The notes under the pieces: model-generated
What the model was told of the DNA's origin: nothing
Database searches by the model: none
The model's input: the letters and a program-made list of their open reading frames with translations, nothing else
Made by a program: the position numbers and the translations under genes
NCBI GenBank assembly: GCA_022072055.1
Contig: JAJVIK010000008.1
Location: 40,111-104,110 of the forward strand
Length of the DNA stretch: 64,000 bases
DNA from: a bacterium
GTDB taxonomy: Bacteria; Hinthialibacterota; Hinthialibacteria; OLB16
Direction of reading: 5' to 3'
Shown here: in pieces, positions 37,701-43,502 of the stretch
Numbering within the stretch: position 1 is the first letter of the stretch
How the letters are laid out: every line of letters starts with the position of its first letter

Positions 37701-39107
37701 GGTGCCGGGGCCGACGGTCACGTTGGAGGCGACCCCGATGGTGTTTCCATTGAGTTCAAAGGTCACGGTCTGAATCCCGCCGCCGGCGGGGGAATCATCC
37801 GAGACTGTCGCGCTGAAGATGACCGTGCCGTTGACCTTGGCCCCATCGGCCGGCGTCGCCAGCTCGATCAGGTCGGGCGGCAGGATGTCCGTGGTGAGGA
37901 GCGAGACCGAGTTCGAGACGCACGAGGTCCGGTTGTTGTCGGTGACCAGGACGATGCCGTAGGTGTAGGTCACGTTGTTGAGACGTGGAAGGGTCGGATT
38001 GGAGGGGGTGTGGTAATAGATGATCGTGTCGTTCGAGGTTCCCGAGGAGTAATTGATCGAATCAATCAGGAAAGAAGACCCCAGGTTCGAGGAGTCGATC
38101 AGCGCGCCGTCATCGCGCGCGTACACGCGAACCACGGCGGGGGTGACATCGCCGGGGTCGCTGACCAGCGACAGGGTGTTCATGGTGAAGCTCACGCAAT
38201 TCACGGGGACCCCCGCGAGGAGGAGTTGCGCGGCGGCCACGTCATCCGGCGGGGTGACCGCCGAGGCGCGCTGGTTTGAGGAAAGGGGCGAACCGCCGCT
38301 CTGATTCCCCACCGTGTCCTGGATGCGGATGCCGTACGCAAGGGCCGTCCCGGCGGGCGCCGGGTCGGTGTAGGTCGTGGAGTTATCCCGGTCGTAGGGG
38401 AAGATCTCCTGGGTGGTGACGATGTTCCCGGGGACCGGGTCGGAGGTCAGGTCGAAGGCTTCGGATTGGGCCACTCGGTAGAGGATGAAATCGAAGCGAT
38501 AGTTGGCGCTGGGAGAGGCGAACTGGCGAACCGGGTGGAGGACCGGGTTCGAACCAGAGTCGCCGACTTCATCGTTCGGATTGACAAAGGCGACATCGAC
38601 ATTGCCGGTCCCATCGCTGCAAGTCAGCGTGAACTGGTTGATTCCCATCGTGGAGGGCGGGTTGGCGTCCGCCACCGCCCCTTGGATGCTGGAGGGAACA
38701 TCGCCGCCGATCCCGACCTCCTTGGCCCGGACCAGGTACCAGTATTCGCCCGCGCTGACCGTGGTCGTGCCCGCGTTGAATCCATTGGCCACGTTGGTGG
38801 CCTCAAGTCCCGTATTCACCAGGGTCGTGGGAGCGCCGTCGTTCACAGGGATATTGGAACCGATCAGCGTTCCCGCGGTGAAGGCTCCGATGACCGGCAT
38901 CACGGAGGAGCTGATCCGATACACATCCACTGAGAGCGCGCCCGCGGCTGTGTTGGAGACCGTGAAATTCAAGCTCACGATCCCCCCCGGCCCCGGCACG
39001 GTCGTGAGGTCGGTGTTGAAGACCACCGCGGAGGCGCGCGGCGCGCACACTCCCGCGAGGATGGTGAAGATCGCACCAAGGGTAAACGCTGAACGCAGCC
39101 GGGACAT
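22725..39107 (-). CDS. Giant secreted multidomain repeat protein (5460 aa): Ig-like, FN3-like, beta-propeller and NIDO-like domains, C-terminal repeat array
   Basis: Single uninterrupted 16.4 kb ORF. Start assigned to the ATG preceded by AAAGGAGG (6 nt spacer), giving signal peptide MSRLRSAFTLGAIFTILAGVCAPRASA. Thr/Gly/Asp/Val-rich and Lys-poor. Confidence 0.85.
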   Translation of the reverse strand: MSRLRSAFTLGAIFTILAGVCAPRASAVVFNTDLTTVPGPGGIVSLNFTVSNTAAGALSVDVYRISSSVMPVIGAFTAGTLIGSNIPVNDGAPTTLVNTGLEATNVANGFNAGTTTVSAGEYWYLVRAKEVGIGGDVPSSIQGAVADANPPSTMGINQFTLTCSDGTGNVDVAFVNPNDEVGDSGSNPVLHPVRQFASPSANYRFDFILYRVAQSEAFDLTSDPVPGNIVTTQEIFPYDRDNSTTYTDPAPAGTALAYGIRIQDTVGNQSGGSPLSSNQRASAVTPPDDVAAAQLLLAGVPVNCVSFTMNTLSLVSDPGDVTPAVVRVYARDDGALIDSSNLGSSFLIDSINYSSGTSNDTIIYYHTPSNPTLPRLNNVTYTYGIVLVTDNNRTSCVSNSVSLLTTDILPPDLIELATPADGAKVNGTVIFSATVSDDSPAGGGIQTVTFELNGNTIGVASNVTVGPGTGTAQVSFDTTTLPDGLYTYSATAADYNGNSLETGSGDPGAGPDFTIRIDNTPATVTVDSPTKNTPVNVQFALSGTAVDANATIVSVTVNYSTSTGSGFVLASGTSAWTGVVPVDPLFADDEILYVTVEALDDCGLVGVATSCFCVDNLCPIAFISAPSVFGPGGGAFIVSADDDDFLGACNAGINQVTLTALLNGATEVYTSGPPPALGGIHILPTLDFNLNHGETSIITIEARDGAVDVGNECFGASATVTADYEPPICSLISPASGDVVTAISIIGQATDVGAAGVLESCVEVVGVTTICGVTQVTGLVNPGADGLYTLIMSSTDTVGNATVCDSVVVRVDTVPPVVDITSPLPPNVGVNVSFLLSGTASDLGSGVQAVTVEYTTDSGTSVVVATVDNPGAFNVNWSAVIPVDPLLSDDEIFSVTAYAVDAANLQGSDTENYFVDDTSSCAVLGFPTAGSSVFVGAAGLVLSATLGDDDASSSFDTGVTAANATALLTGATDVLFTSDPPALGSTPINSPFDPTAYGLGDGDVSDINVCLVDGATGTANICCVTFEVIVDLTAPTCSIDAPEDGVCFSFDNTVLGATDITISATDLGSGLAAIGYRILNSLNAVVASATVGVSGTSATFTFSENVVGLGDGTYTLISQATDEVGNGGQCDQITFTVRTTGPLTTINNPFRAIVNDNLSVNGFSTVPTFSSGSSGLPGPGTPAGQSALTPGDDDSVEVNFSGSFAFPFFGVLYDSVWVNSNGNLTFQNGDPDPTESVAEFTNGVPRIAPFWDDFNPAAAGSITSEQQADRLIIRWINVPQFGIMDQNTFRVTLYSTGAILFEYEGMNSTDGLAGVAPGFGGPVSAVDISAASPVTMSATGSYEIFTTLGNPADLDNLSIAFLPQNDLVGTSGATSVLIGYPGPNGDVLPPLPPAVEAAVAPVSVGFNPLGGPDQGIEIAFTNGFEFPFFGKCWNSVVVSNHGFLEFGQNTTAALSVFAPTPANVNGPTPKVMGFFADIGGHLGGGTFYRQFDDRFQVIYDSVPETLGAPGNINDITITLYNTGAVQFEYGTITYFSTAADTNVGIGVAGGVSGQPVDGYESIPLVTNGVLRNPIDISGLPGAATQFAVLDKVQYEVFNATNVLDVTPVIGFQGSTIFTAPGSFNPITGAWSANLVISPTFCSDGDPFSVCALGFGGCTANTRGPATNKVYVLDVTDPTVTMNVDVTPGGCSDLTLELDGILSDVGVPGWRIDSGICDVELEVWQGGVQVAAIGPEDIYVGVMPLSDILPWGPDDGPLFYSATVSNVTLNVVSLVPFGLNMVVRDCARDVANVTETYPGAVPEIYVLDPTVPECALLAPSDGACISYANTVLGATDIIITTTDTGGCPGQVGYEVRNLGGGVVASGTSAVSAMVETVAFSVNFAALGDGVYDIIAFATDQVGNGTQCDAIQVTVDLNGPPVQIADHDEAIVNGDVDITGLAGSVIYATGAAAVPGSLGAFISTSALSLSDDTFTQVNLPFNFPFYSGTYSDMYVGSNGYITFGGGDADFSETPVEFEDGLPRIALFWDDLNPGAGGTVSVDLYSGAAVVRYESVPEFFSFGANSATATLYVNGAIVIEYGNLTLTGFLVGVSPGGGAPAIQPDINTGGPFDMVFNGLFEAYSVIHDLTDETVVFLRADGVTTADSVDLWYPGPGGSVLPPLDATTEAAVSPVDVFNPMIHNASSIVEVPFTNGFEFPFYGRCWNSVFISARGLVEFGTGTISTGVPTQALVNAVTPKIMGLWSRIDGSGASGGTTTYRQYDDRFIIDYDTVPDDSTLGTNTFSITLYNTGAVALDYVSTNAVTYFDCAVGINSGVVGQDISGYGDVPGGVQTNGLERAQTNLSGLPGAPTQASVSDQSHWEIFNDTFDIGPSFAFQGTSIQVVGLPLDASGAWAYNVPISATFCGDGDPFGVSAKAFGGCNGITRGPSDNRLYAIDRTYPAVALFNVVDPFTFNSYVGECFHGLFGVLFTANDAGLMGYRIDSGICTYAASIYQNGALIGSVTGTLPDRPNQGGILLASLVDPVAIGLQPGWFGIDVSAGDCAINLANVNSEFGGSPPETFYYDPLEPKSQPICSRLFIAAVTEIASVSRTILYEIDPDHSDLLNTEVVGSLMLPAEISSATGCALGYDNDRLYYGDTNSASGANTIFVYDVSVPGSIVLTATLTLPASVTVVAGMGAEGGRLYINEQASDDQLYVLDAATGAYLGAQPAFFPLPGAELEVVAVGSGAFGRTFFAERFDPAGAPPPRDRFFESFPGGTNFITPGLPSFRTVGMGFSGTRLFHGRIEPMGNVIREVATTFEQAAFNAGFELNTFFIPDGATVCAVAAAPALYDCTICLNDLPYKLAAAVTDTAPCPMSRVDLFAYDVEVGPASALLVNTATDITTGLVRRGLLTFPDTSVLPTSAAIACATITEATLRQILPDGEGQIRVISQAYDGAVPTPNVESATGMLIRGITFTVDIRAPRVPYLASLPFAATSGSAATVDLTVRFEDFGTGLNVTTDPPTLTGLFSVLGGSATDATFTLSLAPAVNGVVTGTASFAPANLTLPATGSAYIDFVVSATDNCANATTVVLLDRFIIDNQTPLADDPDPYYPAEDIIANGTGGGLLWSYTNPLVWTGNEMFNMDAWDEAFNTAFPGTLAELPNILGGTLAFPVIPQATSCDEFNPGIEPDIDFSPSGVASVELYYATGPADATPALLAFSNFIDVATEIVDVTGGGYIPLSKASALRCATGTFVWDVSSLPATTPGSDDYFYLKTITRDHAGNSLDPVFGPLINLDVIPPTRTIITAQALFGTPDVRLDWEYIPIDNVGTIGYEIYRTRTTVDDVLDANPFTDFDLIGVICAYDGNGQPITEFLDTSVPPEGTYAYFIVAFDQAGNGWSGNSLATNDACEPFAVGLAGNISNIVAAAPNDLVDPYPVTNLRVRAGEPDDGILLSWDIPSVPVGGGPVRPTGDNIAISVWEIFRDQRSGPIAESEVSEPDGDIVRDPDLLIGTVVNIILPDMTTPTGTLRPQPTQVVAEKASISAATPNLLVLFMDPLNVGSVSRVFNKTTGESYQVLAATGETIDITGTVLPAPTDVVLVDYLTDNRTFVDHTALPGHSYSYAVVSRDAAGNRSLISTSVLVGDATAVAFDTTPPEPIETLQAHPDPFSEDIGLFWDSTPYDQVGVTGYDIYRRLGGDPIEFLSHFDNEKISEALCPVICFAPNAATVTLTLATSAIDVDLLKVIDTTRNRLIPSATESVDPVNLPNYSLSGDQLTIRNIDESPVAWAPGATIFNNIKVVAFKAATSLYNGGGFDPQTFFLDNDTIGGAPYSYVVLGVDPWGNVADISNNGFAVANDFTPPATPTVTVDSNCFHEDDYVIVRPDPNDPDVVQAWAFADPGLTDLIGSELDFVGNGFFQVPIGANLYEDVWVVVTDFSGNTSPSVNVVNDIVPPAPLTSAEVTILSNPPGTDDILIAKPSDPDAVTVVVYRDDSLFNVVDSVEDIDDGAADGCWTLNLGDNLSSTFYVTVADAACNESDDLAIGNDTAPPGEPQVTVHNNTIGSGCTRVPVDDTLTAWVSADTSLVKVYEDVALTSLIALVPVTGPGVGPIYIGDNNSFTPGSLDTVYVIACDAAGNSSGAAHAHIDITAPLITELSIFEQFPQEPGTFPRVEDEVDVQIDIDSAEVDEVVCVKVFTESPTLNRESPGTLTTAPNFNLHGLAADATSSVYFSNWDGVAMGADDVIYRLDQFGTFNTVHTGLVEPTGLAVSNLGQGNLWVASRNPGSPSQVRLTEMTTTGLVLQDIDFAIPAPVAGMTFGATDVLYFITESGAQVFAYDTALATLTPLLAGITEQGRGLAFDGVSTLYISLLATPGNPFSGQVFSFDLTTSTLNLVLVNLAEPAGLALDRRGGLHFGETGLDFLGERIVPQRVSELRPGTDGALVLAQASLLEPAATMVGPVIDTYGRLVTASVENGTILMYQANRRSSVLVDTGVGVQIPPTARILAQRVPGDDFRIEGVRIGDNKVQEVLACAVDKAGNTSNVIASAINDVVGPQFLAVAVVQNPPGVEDTIYGFTDPFTVVRAYADAYLNNRIDREDNAIRTDRLGFFYDLRVGDNQNPFVVLASEDEAGNLSFPFGLFNDIFAPDAPVGDLVEVLSACPGSDDQVVGLPGAVEPNCTVEIYSDFDLTQLVATTVADASGAFGPVSIGDDLYEVLWIACSDAAFNFGPPLVLDGENGRSVNDLVPPPPVDLQNVVLHQLGTGEDLIEGLPGAVDPEDTARVRLFADPDLLLEVGGGYSPIELANATGGWSASTLGFNFQVGANLAGFERMYLVAEDSACNRSTAVSLTFDISIATPDAERILFNADNPNHNTIRGIEGAVPSNCTIQFSTSVLDFTNSILGTPLLGVAFSDGSGAFQAIDVGRVGAPISYVVAIDEHGNVSEIVEIDTADRVPPATPNLDEFVLVERGRAFNDTVRGRRGAVGQGEEDLWLHAYNEPSLNSELPGFPILVPAGGFNSVPTPGSFPETSIGDNHADNSVNPPAVVGTAAVWFTAEDEFGNESQPARLPLDVAIPNPDPTKIYVVSQNPQTDAYIIGMNRAVEGHSRVLVSADLNAVLVFGNFYSDDNGAWDAVNIGPLLRQPDVISGAYLFPDRRDTVYVRSVDLAGNKSAIVPISVEIVTYAVLDAFGGVTMRNGLEGVADSLQPTFLPDGVARDLEPGFYRANGALDTGFVVGDPALPEFTASPTGFYRMTGTGQIAGLGDVLPVDQTGFTPFSGDYAKDIEVSPTQPGPKVGVYMLDGAGSIYTFGGADPLIGVALGGDLARDLELYYQPDGTVKGGYILDGRGGVSNLGAAPAIVPPPPFLPDEDVFIDIELVKNPSTLAVEGAFVLSKFGQIVTGGITDGDFVADTTRGVPFFGFNIARDLELSIDEVGAVIGLYVLDGFGGVHTGGQAPKIHDAPFFGFDVARDLEIVRPSPQQ
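22728..23640 (-). repeat. C-terminal array of about 6 degenerate 45-65 aa repeats (motif A-R-D-L-E-L ... G-x-Y-V-LDG-x-G-G-V) ending the giant protein
   Basis: Repeated ARDLELYYQPDGTVKGGYILDGRGGV, ARDLELSIDEVGAVIGLYVLDGFGGVHTGG, AKDIEVSPTQPGPKVGVYMLDGAGSIYTFGG. Protein ends inside a truncated unit FFGFDVARDLEIVRPSPQQ. Confidence 0.55.
30880..35560 (-). repeat. Diverged tandem duplication (2 x about 2.3 kb, about 770 aa each) inside the giant gene, each copy carrying two NIDO-like domains
   Basis: Copy 1: FAFPFFGVLYDSVWVNSNGNLTFQNG (about 35500) and FTNGFEFPFFGKCWNSVVVSNHGFLEF (about 34850). Copy 2: FNFPFYSGTYSDMYVGSNGYITFGGG (about 33170) and FTNGFEFPFYGRCWNSVFISARGLVEF (about 32545). Period about 2305-2330 nt. 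Confidence 0.7.
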
Positions 39108-39304
39108 GGCTTGCCTCCTTTGACTCATGTTCGGACCGCTTGAGTTATTCACAGGGGGTGTTGAAAACAAGGTGGGCGCGGCAATACAACAGTGACCAGA
39201 CACAGCTCGTCTCCTTCGATTCGAACCAAATCCCTCTTCCTCGCATTGACGCGCGGAAGAACCCCATCCCAGAACAACGGCAAAGAAAGGACACTGATCA
39301 GCGC

Positions 39305-39337
39305 GATGCTACGCCAAGCCCCCTCGGTGTGTCAACG
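39305..39337 (-). promoter_or_regulatory. Candidate sigma70-like promoter for the giant gene (TTGACA-18 nt-TAGCAT)
   Basis: Minus strand gTTGACAcaccgagggggcttggcgTAGCATcg, about 200 nt upstream of the start, inside a 520 nt intergenic region with AT-rich patches. Confidence 0.3.
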
Positions 39338-39725
39338 GTTAGATACCGGGCCTCAGTCGAAAAAACCGAAAGAACACATGGAAGTGCGAATCCTGATGGG
39401 AGGCTCTTTTCTGACATTGTTGCGCACGCTTTCACCGGCCACGGATCTCCATTTGGGCTTATCGGCGTGGGGCCTGAACGACTGAAGTGAGAATTCAGAA
39501 TGGGCGGAAAGGGGAAAAAACTTGTCATTTTGCGGACTAAATCTGCAAGAACCATCATGTCTGGCACGCTTTCTGCTAAAAACGGCCCCCTTTTTCCTAT
39601 TGACAGGCTTGAGGCTGGGACGGAAACTTCCGGGTCGCCATGGGGTGGCCGCCGGGGAGAGCTGGGTCCTCTCGGATGGGGACCCGCCGGGGGTCAAGAA
39701 GGGCGGCTGAGAGGAGGAGGCTGGA

Positions 39726-40361
39726 ATGAGTTTGAGGGTGAAGATTTGCGGGATCACGCGACGCGAGGACGCCGAGGCGGCGCTCGCCGGCGGCGCGGAT
39801 GCCATCGGCTTCGTTTTCCATCCGGAATCAAAGCGCTATATTGATGTTCAGGCGGCCCGGGAGATCACGGCGGGGCTTCCCCCCTTTGGTCTGCGGGTCG
39901 GGGTGTTTGTCGAACCGACCTTCCAGGCAGTGATCGAGGCCGCCAAGGCCATCCATCTGGACACCATCCAGCTCCATGGGGCGGAGCCTCCCGAGATCGC
40001 CGAGGACCTCCGCGCCGAGGGGTTGCGGGTTTGGAAGGCGGTTCGCGTCGACGGCCGGGAGTCGCTCCGGGTCTATGAGGATTACCCCTGTGACGCTTTG
40101 GTCCTGGATGCCTTCGACCCCGCCCGTCCGGGCGGGACCGGTCAGACCTTCGATTGGGGCGTCGTGGCGGGCTGGAGTCCCCCGGTTCCCTGGATCCTTT
40201 CGGGGGGCTTGACCGCGGACAACCTGGGGGAGGCGCTCCAGATGCTTACCCCCTGCGGAGTGGATGTCTCCAGCGGCGTGGAATCGAGTCCCGGAGTCAA
40301 GGATCACGACCTGGTCCGGGCTTTCCTTCAGCGAGCGAAGCAGGAACTGGTGCCCGCATAG
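39726..40361 (+). CDS. trpF: Phosphoribosylanthranilate isomerase
   Basis: MSLRVKICGITRREDAEAALAGGADAIGFVF... is a canonical TrpF N-terminus. 211 aa. GAGGAGG RBS. Confidence 0.85.
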   Translation: MSLRVKICGITRREDAEAALAGGADAIGFVFHPESKRYIDVQAAREITAGLPPFGLRVGVFVEPTFQAVIEAAKAIHLDTIQLHGAEPPEIAEDLRAEGLRVWKAVRVDGRESLRVYEDYPCDALVLDAFDPARPGGTGQTFDWGVVAGWSPPVPWILSGGLTADNLGEALQMLTPCGVDVSSGVESSPGVKDHDLVRAFLQRAKQELVPA

Positions 40362-40380
40362 AAATCTGGTAAGATGGGAG

Positions 40381-40401
40381 GGTTGAGGTTTGGTCTCAAC
40401 C
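40381..40401 (+). promoter_or_regulatory. Stem-loop between trpF and the radical SAM gene
   Basis: ggttgag-gtttggt-ctcaacc, perfect 7 bp stem, 20 nt before the downstream ATG. No U-tract. Confidence 0.3.
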
Positions 40402-40421
40402 CGGATGGAAAGGTTGGCTTA

Positions 40422-42068
40422 ATGGAAGATATCCGTATCTTGTTTACGATGACGCCGAAGCCCTATCGTCCGCTGGTGGATTACGCCCACCCCTTCGACC
40501 TGTTCGGCGGACGCCTCAGCGCCTTCCAAGGTCTCTTCACAATGCACTCGATCAACCGCCCGGTGGCCCTGCACCTGCTCGCGCAGAATGTTCCCTTCCC
40601 CTCCAAGGTCATCGAGTTTCCCTCTGTCGAGGAGATCCAGGCCGAGATCCGCAAGGAATACGAATACATCGCGATCCAGGTTCATTCGAACATGGAGTTC
40701 CCCACGGTGATGGAGATGTGCCGGTGGATCCGGGACTGGTCGCCCGAAACCAAGATCATCCTGGGCGGGCACGGGGTCACCTGCTACACCGAGGAGTTCC
40801 TCAAGCGCGAGGAGATTGAGGGCCTGGCCGACCATGTCTGCTGGGGCGAGGGGGTGGAGTTCATCCGGGAGCTGTTCGGGACCGAGGAGCCGGTCGACCC
40901 GATCCTCCCGCCGATGGAGTTCTTCCTGGAGATGATGCCGGAGAAGGTGAACCGCGCCGGGGTGATTGTCCCAGGGGTGGGCTGCACCAACCGTTGCTCC
41001 TTCTGCGCCACGGGCCATTTCTTCGGGGGACGGTTCATTCCGCTGCAGAACGCGGCGGGGATGTACCGGGTGATGGAAAAGACGCGGCTGTTCGACCGCT
41101 CGGTGGATCGATTCGCCCTTTTTGACGAGCTCTTCCTGTCCAGACCGGATGAGGTCCGCGAGCTTGGGGAGCTGCTGTACCACGGCGGGGAGACCAACCT
41201 CTCCAACGCGGGGTATTTCACCTTCTCGGATTTCCGGAGCATTGTCCAATACGATCCGGACGACCTCTTGCGCTGGGGTGTGTCGCGGGTCTTCCTTGGG
41301 GTAGAGTCCACGACCCGTCCCCTGGCCAAGACGCGCGGGATCGACCTCAAGGGGGTGGTGGACCGCCTGCACGCGCATGGGATCGAAACCATCCTTTCCA
41401 TGATCTTCGGGCTGGCGCATCACGACCGGGAAAACATCCGGACGGAGCAGGAGAACTTTATCGCGCTCGATGGAGTGTATAACCAGATCACCCTGGAAAG
41501 CCCGATCGTGGGGACCCCCAACTGGAAGGTTTTCAAGCTCCAAGGGCGGATTGACAACTCCTTCGACATCCAAGATCTGCATGGATACTCCAAGGCGTAC
41601 TCCCATCCGAACTTCGAGAAGGGGGAGACCCTGGAAATCGCCAAGGCTTTTCAGAAACGGATTTACCGTGAGAAGGGACCGGGAATCCTCAAGGCCATCG
41701 AGGTGGAGCTCAACGGGTTCGAGCGCTGCGCGCGCCACCCGGATGCGGTCCTGCGAAACCACAAAGCATCCTATTTCGCGCGGAGCCTGCGGAACCAGGC
41801 GCCGATCCTGTGCGTCATCCGGGAGCGCGCTGAGGAGCCGGCTGTGCGCGAGCGCGCGGTCGGGGTTATCGACCGCTACCTCGGACGGTTTGGCGCGGAG
41901 GACCCGCACTTCAAGCGCAAGGGCGAGCGGCTTGTCCGCAGGTACGATAAGGAATTGGCCAAGCGCACCGGGCCAAATGGCCTTAAGGCCCCCTATTTCG
42001 CGATGGACACCGTGGAGACCTATTACGAGGGGGTTCAAAGCGGGTGTCTTGAGCCGGTGTGCGTTTGA
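40422..42068 (+). CDS. B12-binding domain / radical SAM domain protein (class B radical SAM family)
   Basis: N-terminal Rossmann-like B12-binding-type region (IRILFTMTP...KIILGGHGVT). Radical SAM cluster motif GCTNRCSFCAT (CxxxCxxC). Start at ATG with GGAAAGG RBS. Confidence 0.65.
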   Translation: MEDIRILFTMTPKPYRPLVDYAHPFDLFGGRLSAFQGLFTMHSINRPVALHLLAQNVPFPSKVIEFPSVEEIQAEIRKEYEYIAIQVHSNMEFPTVMEMCRWIRDWSPETKIILGGHGVTCYTEEFLKREEIEGLADHVCWGEGVEFIRELFGTEEPVDPILPPMEFFLEMMPEKVNRAGVIVPGVGCTNRCSFCATGHFFGGRFIPLQNAAGMYRVMEKTRLFDRSVDRFALFDELFLSRPDEVRELGELLYHGGETNLSNAGYFTFSDFRSIVQYDPDDLLRWGVSRVFLGVESTTRPLAKTRGIDLKGVVDRLHAHGIETILSMIFGLAHHDRENIRTEQENFIALDGVYNQITLESPIVGTPNWKVFKLQGRIDNSFDIQDLHGYSKAYSHPNFEKGETLEIAKAFQKRIYREKGPGILKAIEVELNGFERCARHPDAVLRNHKASYFARSLRNQAPILCVIRERAEEPAVRERAVGVIDRYLGRFGAEDPHFKRKGERLVRRYDKELAKRTGPNGLKAPYFAMDTVETYYEGVQSGCLEPVCV

Positions 42069-42092
42069 GGGGCCTCCCTTCCCCGTTTTTCC
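42069..42092 (+). terminator. Weak intrinsic terminator candidate after the radical SAM gene
   Basis: GGGG-cctccctt-CCCC then gTTTTT. Only a 4 bp GC stem, but followed by a T5 run. Confidence 0.3.
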
Positions 42093-42123
42093 GCAAATGC
42101 CGTTGGAGGAGGGGGGGGCGTTC

Positions 42124-42480
42124 TTATGTGAAGAGATCCAGGTTCAAATCCAGCGCGGCGAGGATTCCGGCGAATCCCAGTGTGAAGAGGATCAGGATCG
42201 GTTTCCACGCCTGACGGAGCGCGCTGAAGAGGATCAGCGCCGCCACCCAGGGGACCACCACCCAGGGAACGAAATCATTCCAGAATGAAGGCCCGAAGCT
42301 CAGCGTGAAGACGCTCTTGGCCAGGTTGGAAAGGCAGAGGTTCACATCGCTTTGGCCGAGCAGGAAATTCTCCAAGACCGCCGCGAGGATCCAACCCCCG
42401 AAAAACGCCGAGGCGGCCAACTGGGCGGCCCCCGGCTCCCACGCGGACTTGAGCGGATCGAGAGGTTTGCCTTCACTCAT
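42124..42480 (-). CDS. Small hypothetical membrane protein (3-4 TM helices)
   Basis: 118 aa from MSEGKPL. Hydrophobic segments GGWILAAVLENFLL, VPWVVVPWVAALILFSAL, ILILFTLGFAGILAAL. No family assignment. Weak RBS. Confidence 0.35.
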   Translation of the reverse strand: MSEGKPLDPLKSAWEPGAAQLAASAFFGGWILAAVLENFLLGQSDVNLCLSNLAKSVFTLSFGPSFWNDFVPWVVVPWVAALILFSALRQAWKPILILFTLGFAGILAALDLNLDLFT

Positions 42481-42521
42481 GGGTTGCAATCGCCACCGAG
42501 TCCTTCCACGATGGCGACACC

Positions 42522-43406
42522 ATGTTCGCTCCACATAGGCCGCGTTTCAACCTCCTTTTTCTCGCGCTCACTGTTTTTGAGGTTCCGATCCAGGCCTCGG
42601 TGGCCGAAGGCCCCGCCGGAAGAACGGAGCGCGTGCTGCTCCTCGGCGACAGTTGGGTGCATGTCATGTGGCTCGCGAAATCGCTCGGCACGGTCTTCGC
42701 GGAGGAGGGTTTTCCGGAGATCATCGAACGGGGAGACAACACCGCCGTGGGCGGGACCCGCGCCGATCAGTGGCGCAAGCCGGAGCGACTCGCGATTCTG
42801 ACTCGGGAACTCGCGGAGCATCCCACCATCGACATCGTTCATGTCAGTCTCGGCGGGAACGACTTCTTCAACTCCTGGAAGGTGTCGCTTTCGGATGAGG
42901 AGGAGGCGCGGGTCTTGGACCTGATTGCCTCGAATCTTGAGGTGGTCGTGAACCACATTCTCGCCCAGCGTGAGAACCTGACAGTCCTGCTTTGCGGATA
43001 CGCGTATCTGAACTTCGAGGAGCCACGCGCCTCCGGAGCGGTTCCGTGGTGCGCCGAAGAGGGCGACCTGTCGATTTATTCCAAACTTGGAAAGCCCACT
43101 CCCTCCGAGCTCAATGAGGGGCTGCGCAAGCTTGAAGACCGCAAGGCGGCGCTGGCCGAAAAGAACCCGCGTGTGGCGTATGTCAACAACCTGGGGCTGA
43201 TGCAATACGAATACGGGTACTCGTCGAAGGGGATCGCGCCCAAGACAGTCCCGCTGCCCGAGGGAGACCCCAGCCTTCCCTCCCCGCCCGAAGCGCTCAA
43301 TCTCGGTCAGGACTGCGCGCACCTTTCCCCGGAGGGCTACAAGGCGCTCGCACGGAACTGCTTTGAGAAGTTCTATCGGGAAAGGTTTGATGACACTTCC
43401 CGGTAG
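42522..43406 (+). CDS. Secreted SGNH/GDSL-family hydrolase (esterase/lipase-like)
   Basis: Signal-peptide-like N-terminus. Block I LLLGDSWVH (GDS), block III SLGGNDF, C-terminal DCAHLSPEGY (catalytic D-x-x-H-like). Confidence 0.7.
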   Translation: MFAPHRPRFNLLFLALTVFEVPIQASVAEGPAGRTERVLLLGDSWVHVMWLAKSLGTVFAEEGFPEIIERGDNTAVGGTRADQWRKPERLAILTRELAEHPTIDIVHVSLGGNDFFNSWKVSLSDEEEARVLDLIASNLEVVVNHILAQRENLTVLLCGYAYLNFEEPRASGAVPWCAEEGDLSIYSKLGKPTPSELNEGLRKLEDRKAALAEKNPRVAYVNNLGLMQYEYGYSSKGIAPKTVPLPEGDPSLPSPPEALNLGQDCAHLSPEGYKALARNCFEKFYRERFDDTSR

Positions 43407-43502
43407 GGGAGGTTGATGCGGAGAGCCGGGTTTTGCCGGGCCGAGAATCCTTTCTCGGCCCCAGCGGCGCGAGAACGGATTCACGCGCCAGGCAGTTGGG
43501 TT

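Noticed and set aside
22725-39107. Possibility that the 16.4 kb ORF is several genes or a repeat-collapsed assembly artefact
   Set aside because: The frame is continuous with consistent domain-level periodicity, and the internal repeats are diverged (not identical), which argues against collapse. Long-read validation is still desirable.
39108-39203. First 32 codons of the giant ORF as listed (GTG start, MSGHCCIAAP...)
   Set aside because: No RBS. A Met 96 nt downstream is preceded by AAAGGAGG with ideal spacing and begins a canonical signal peptide.
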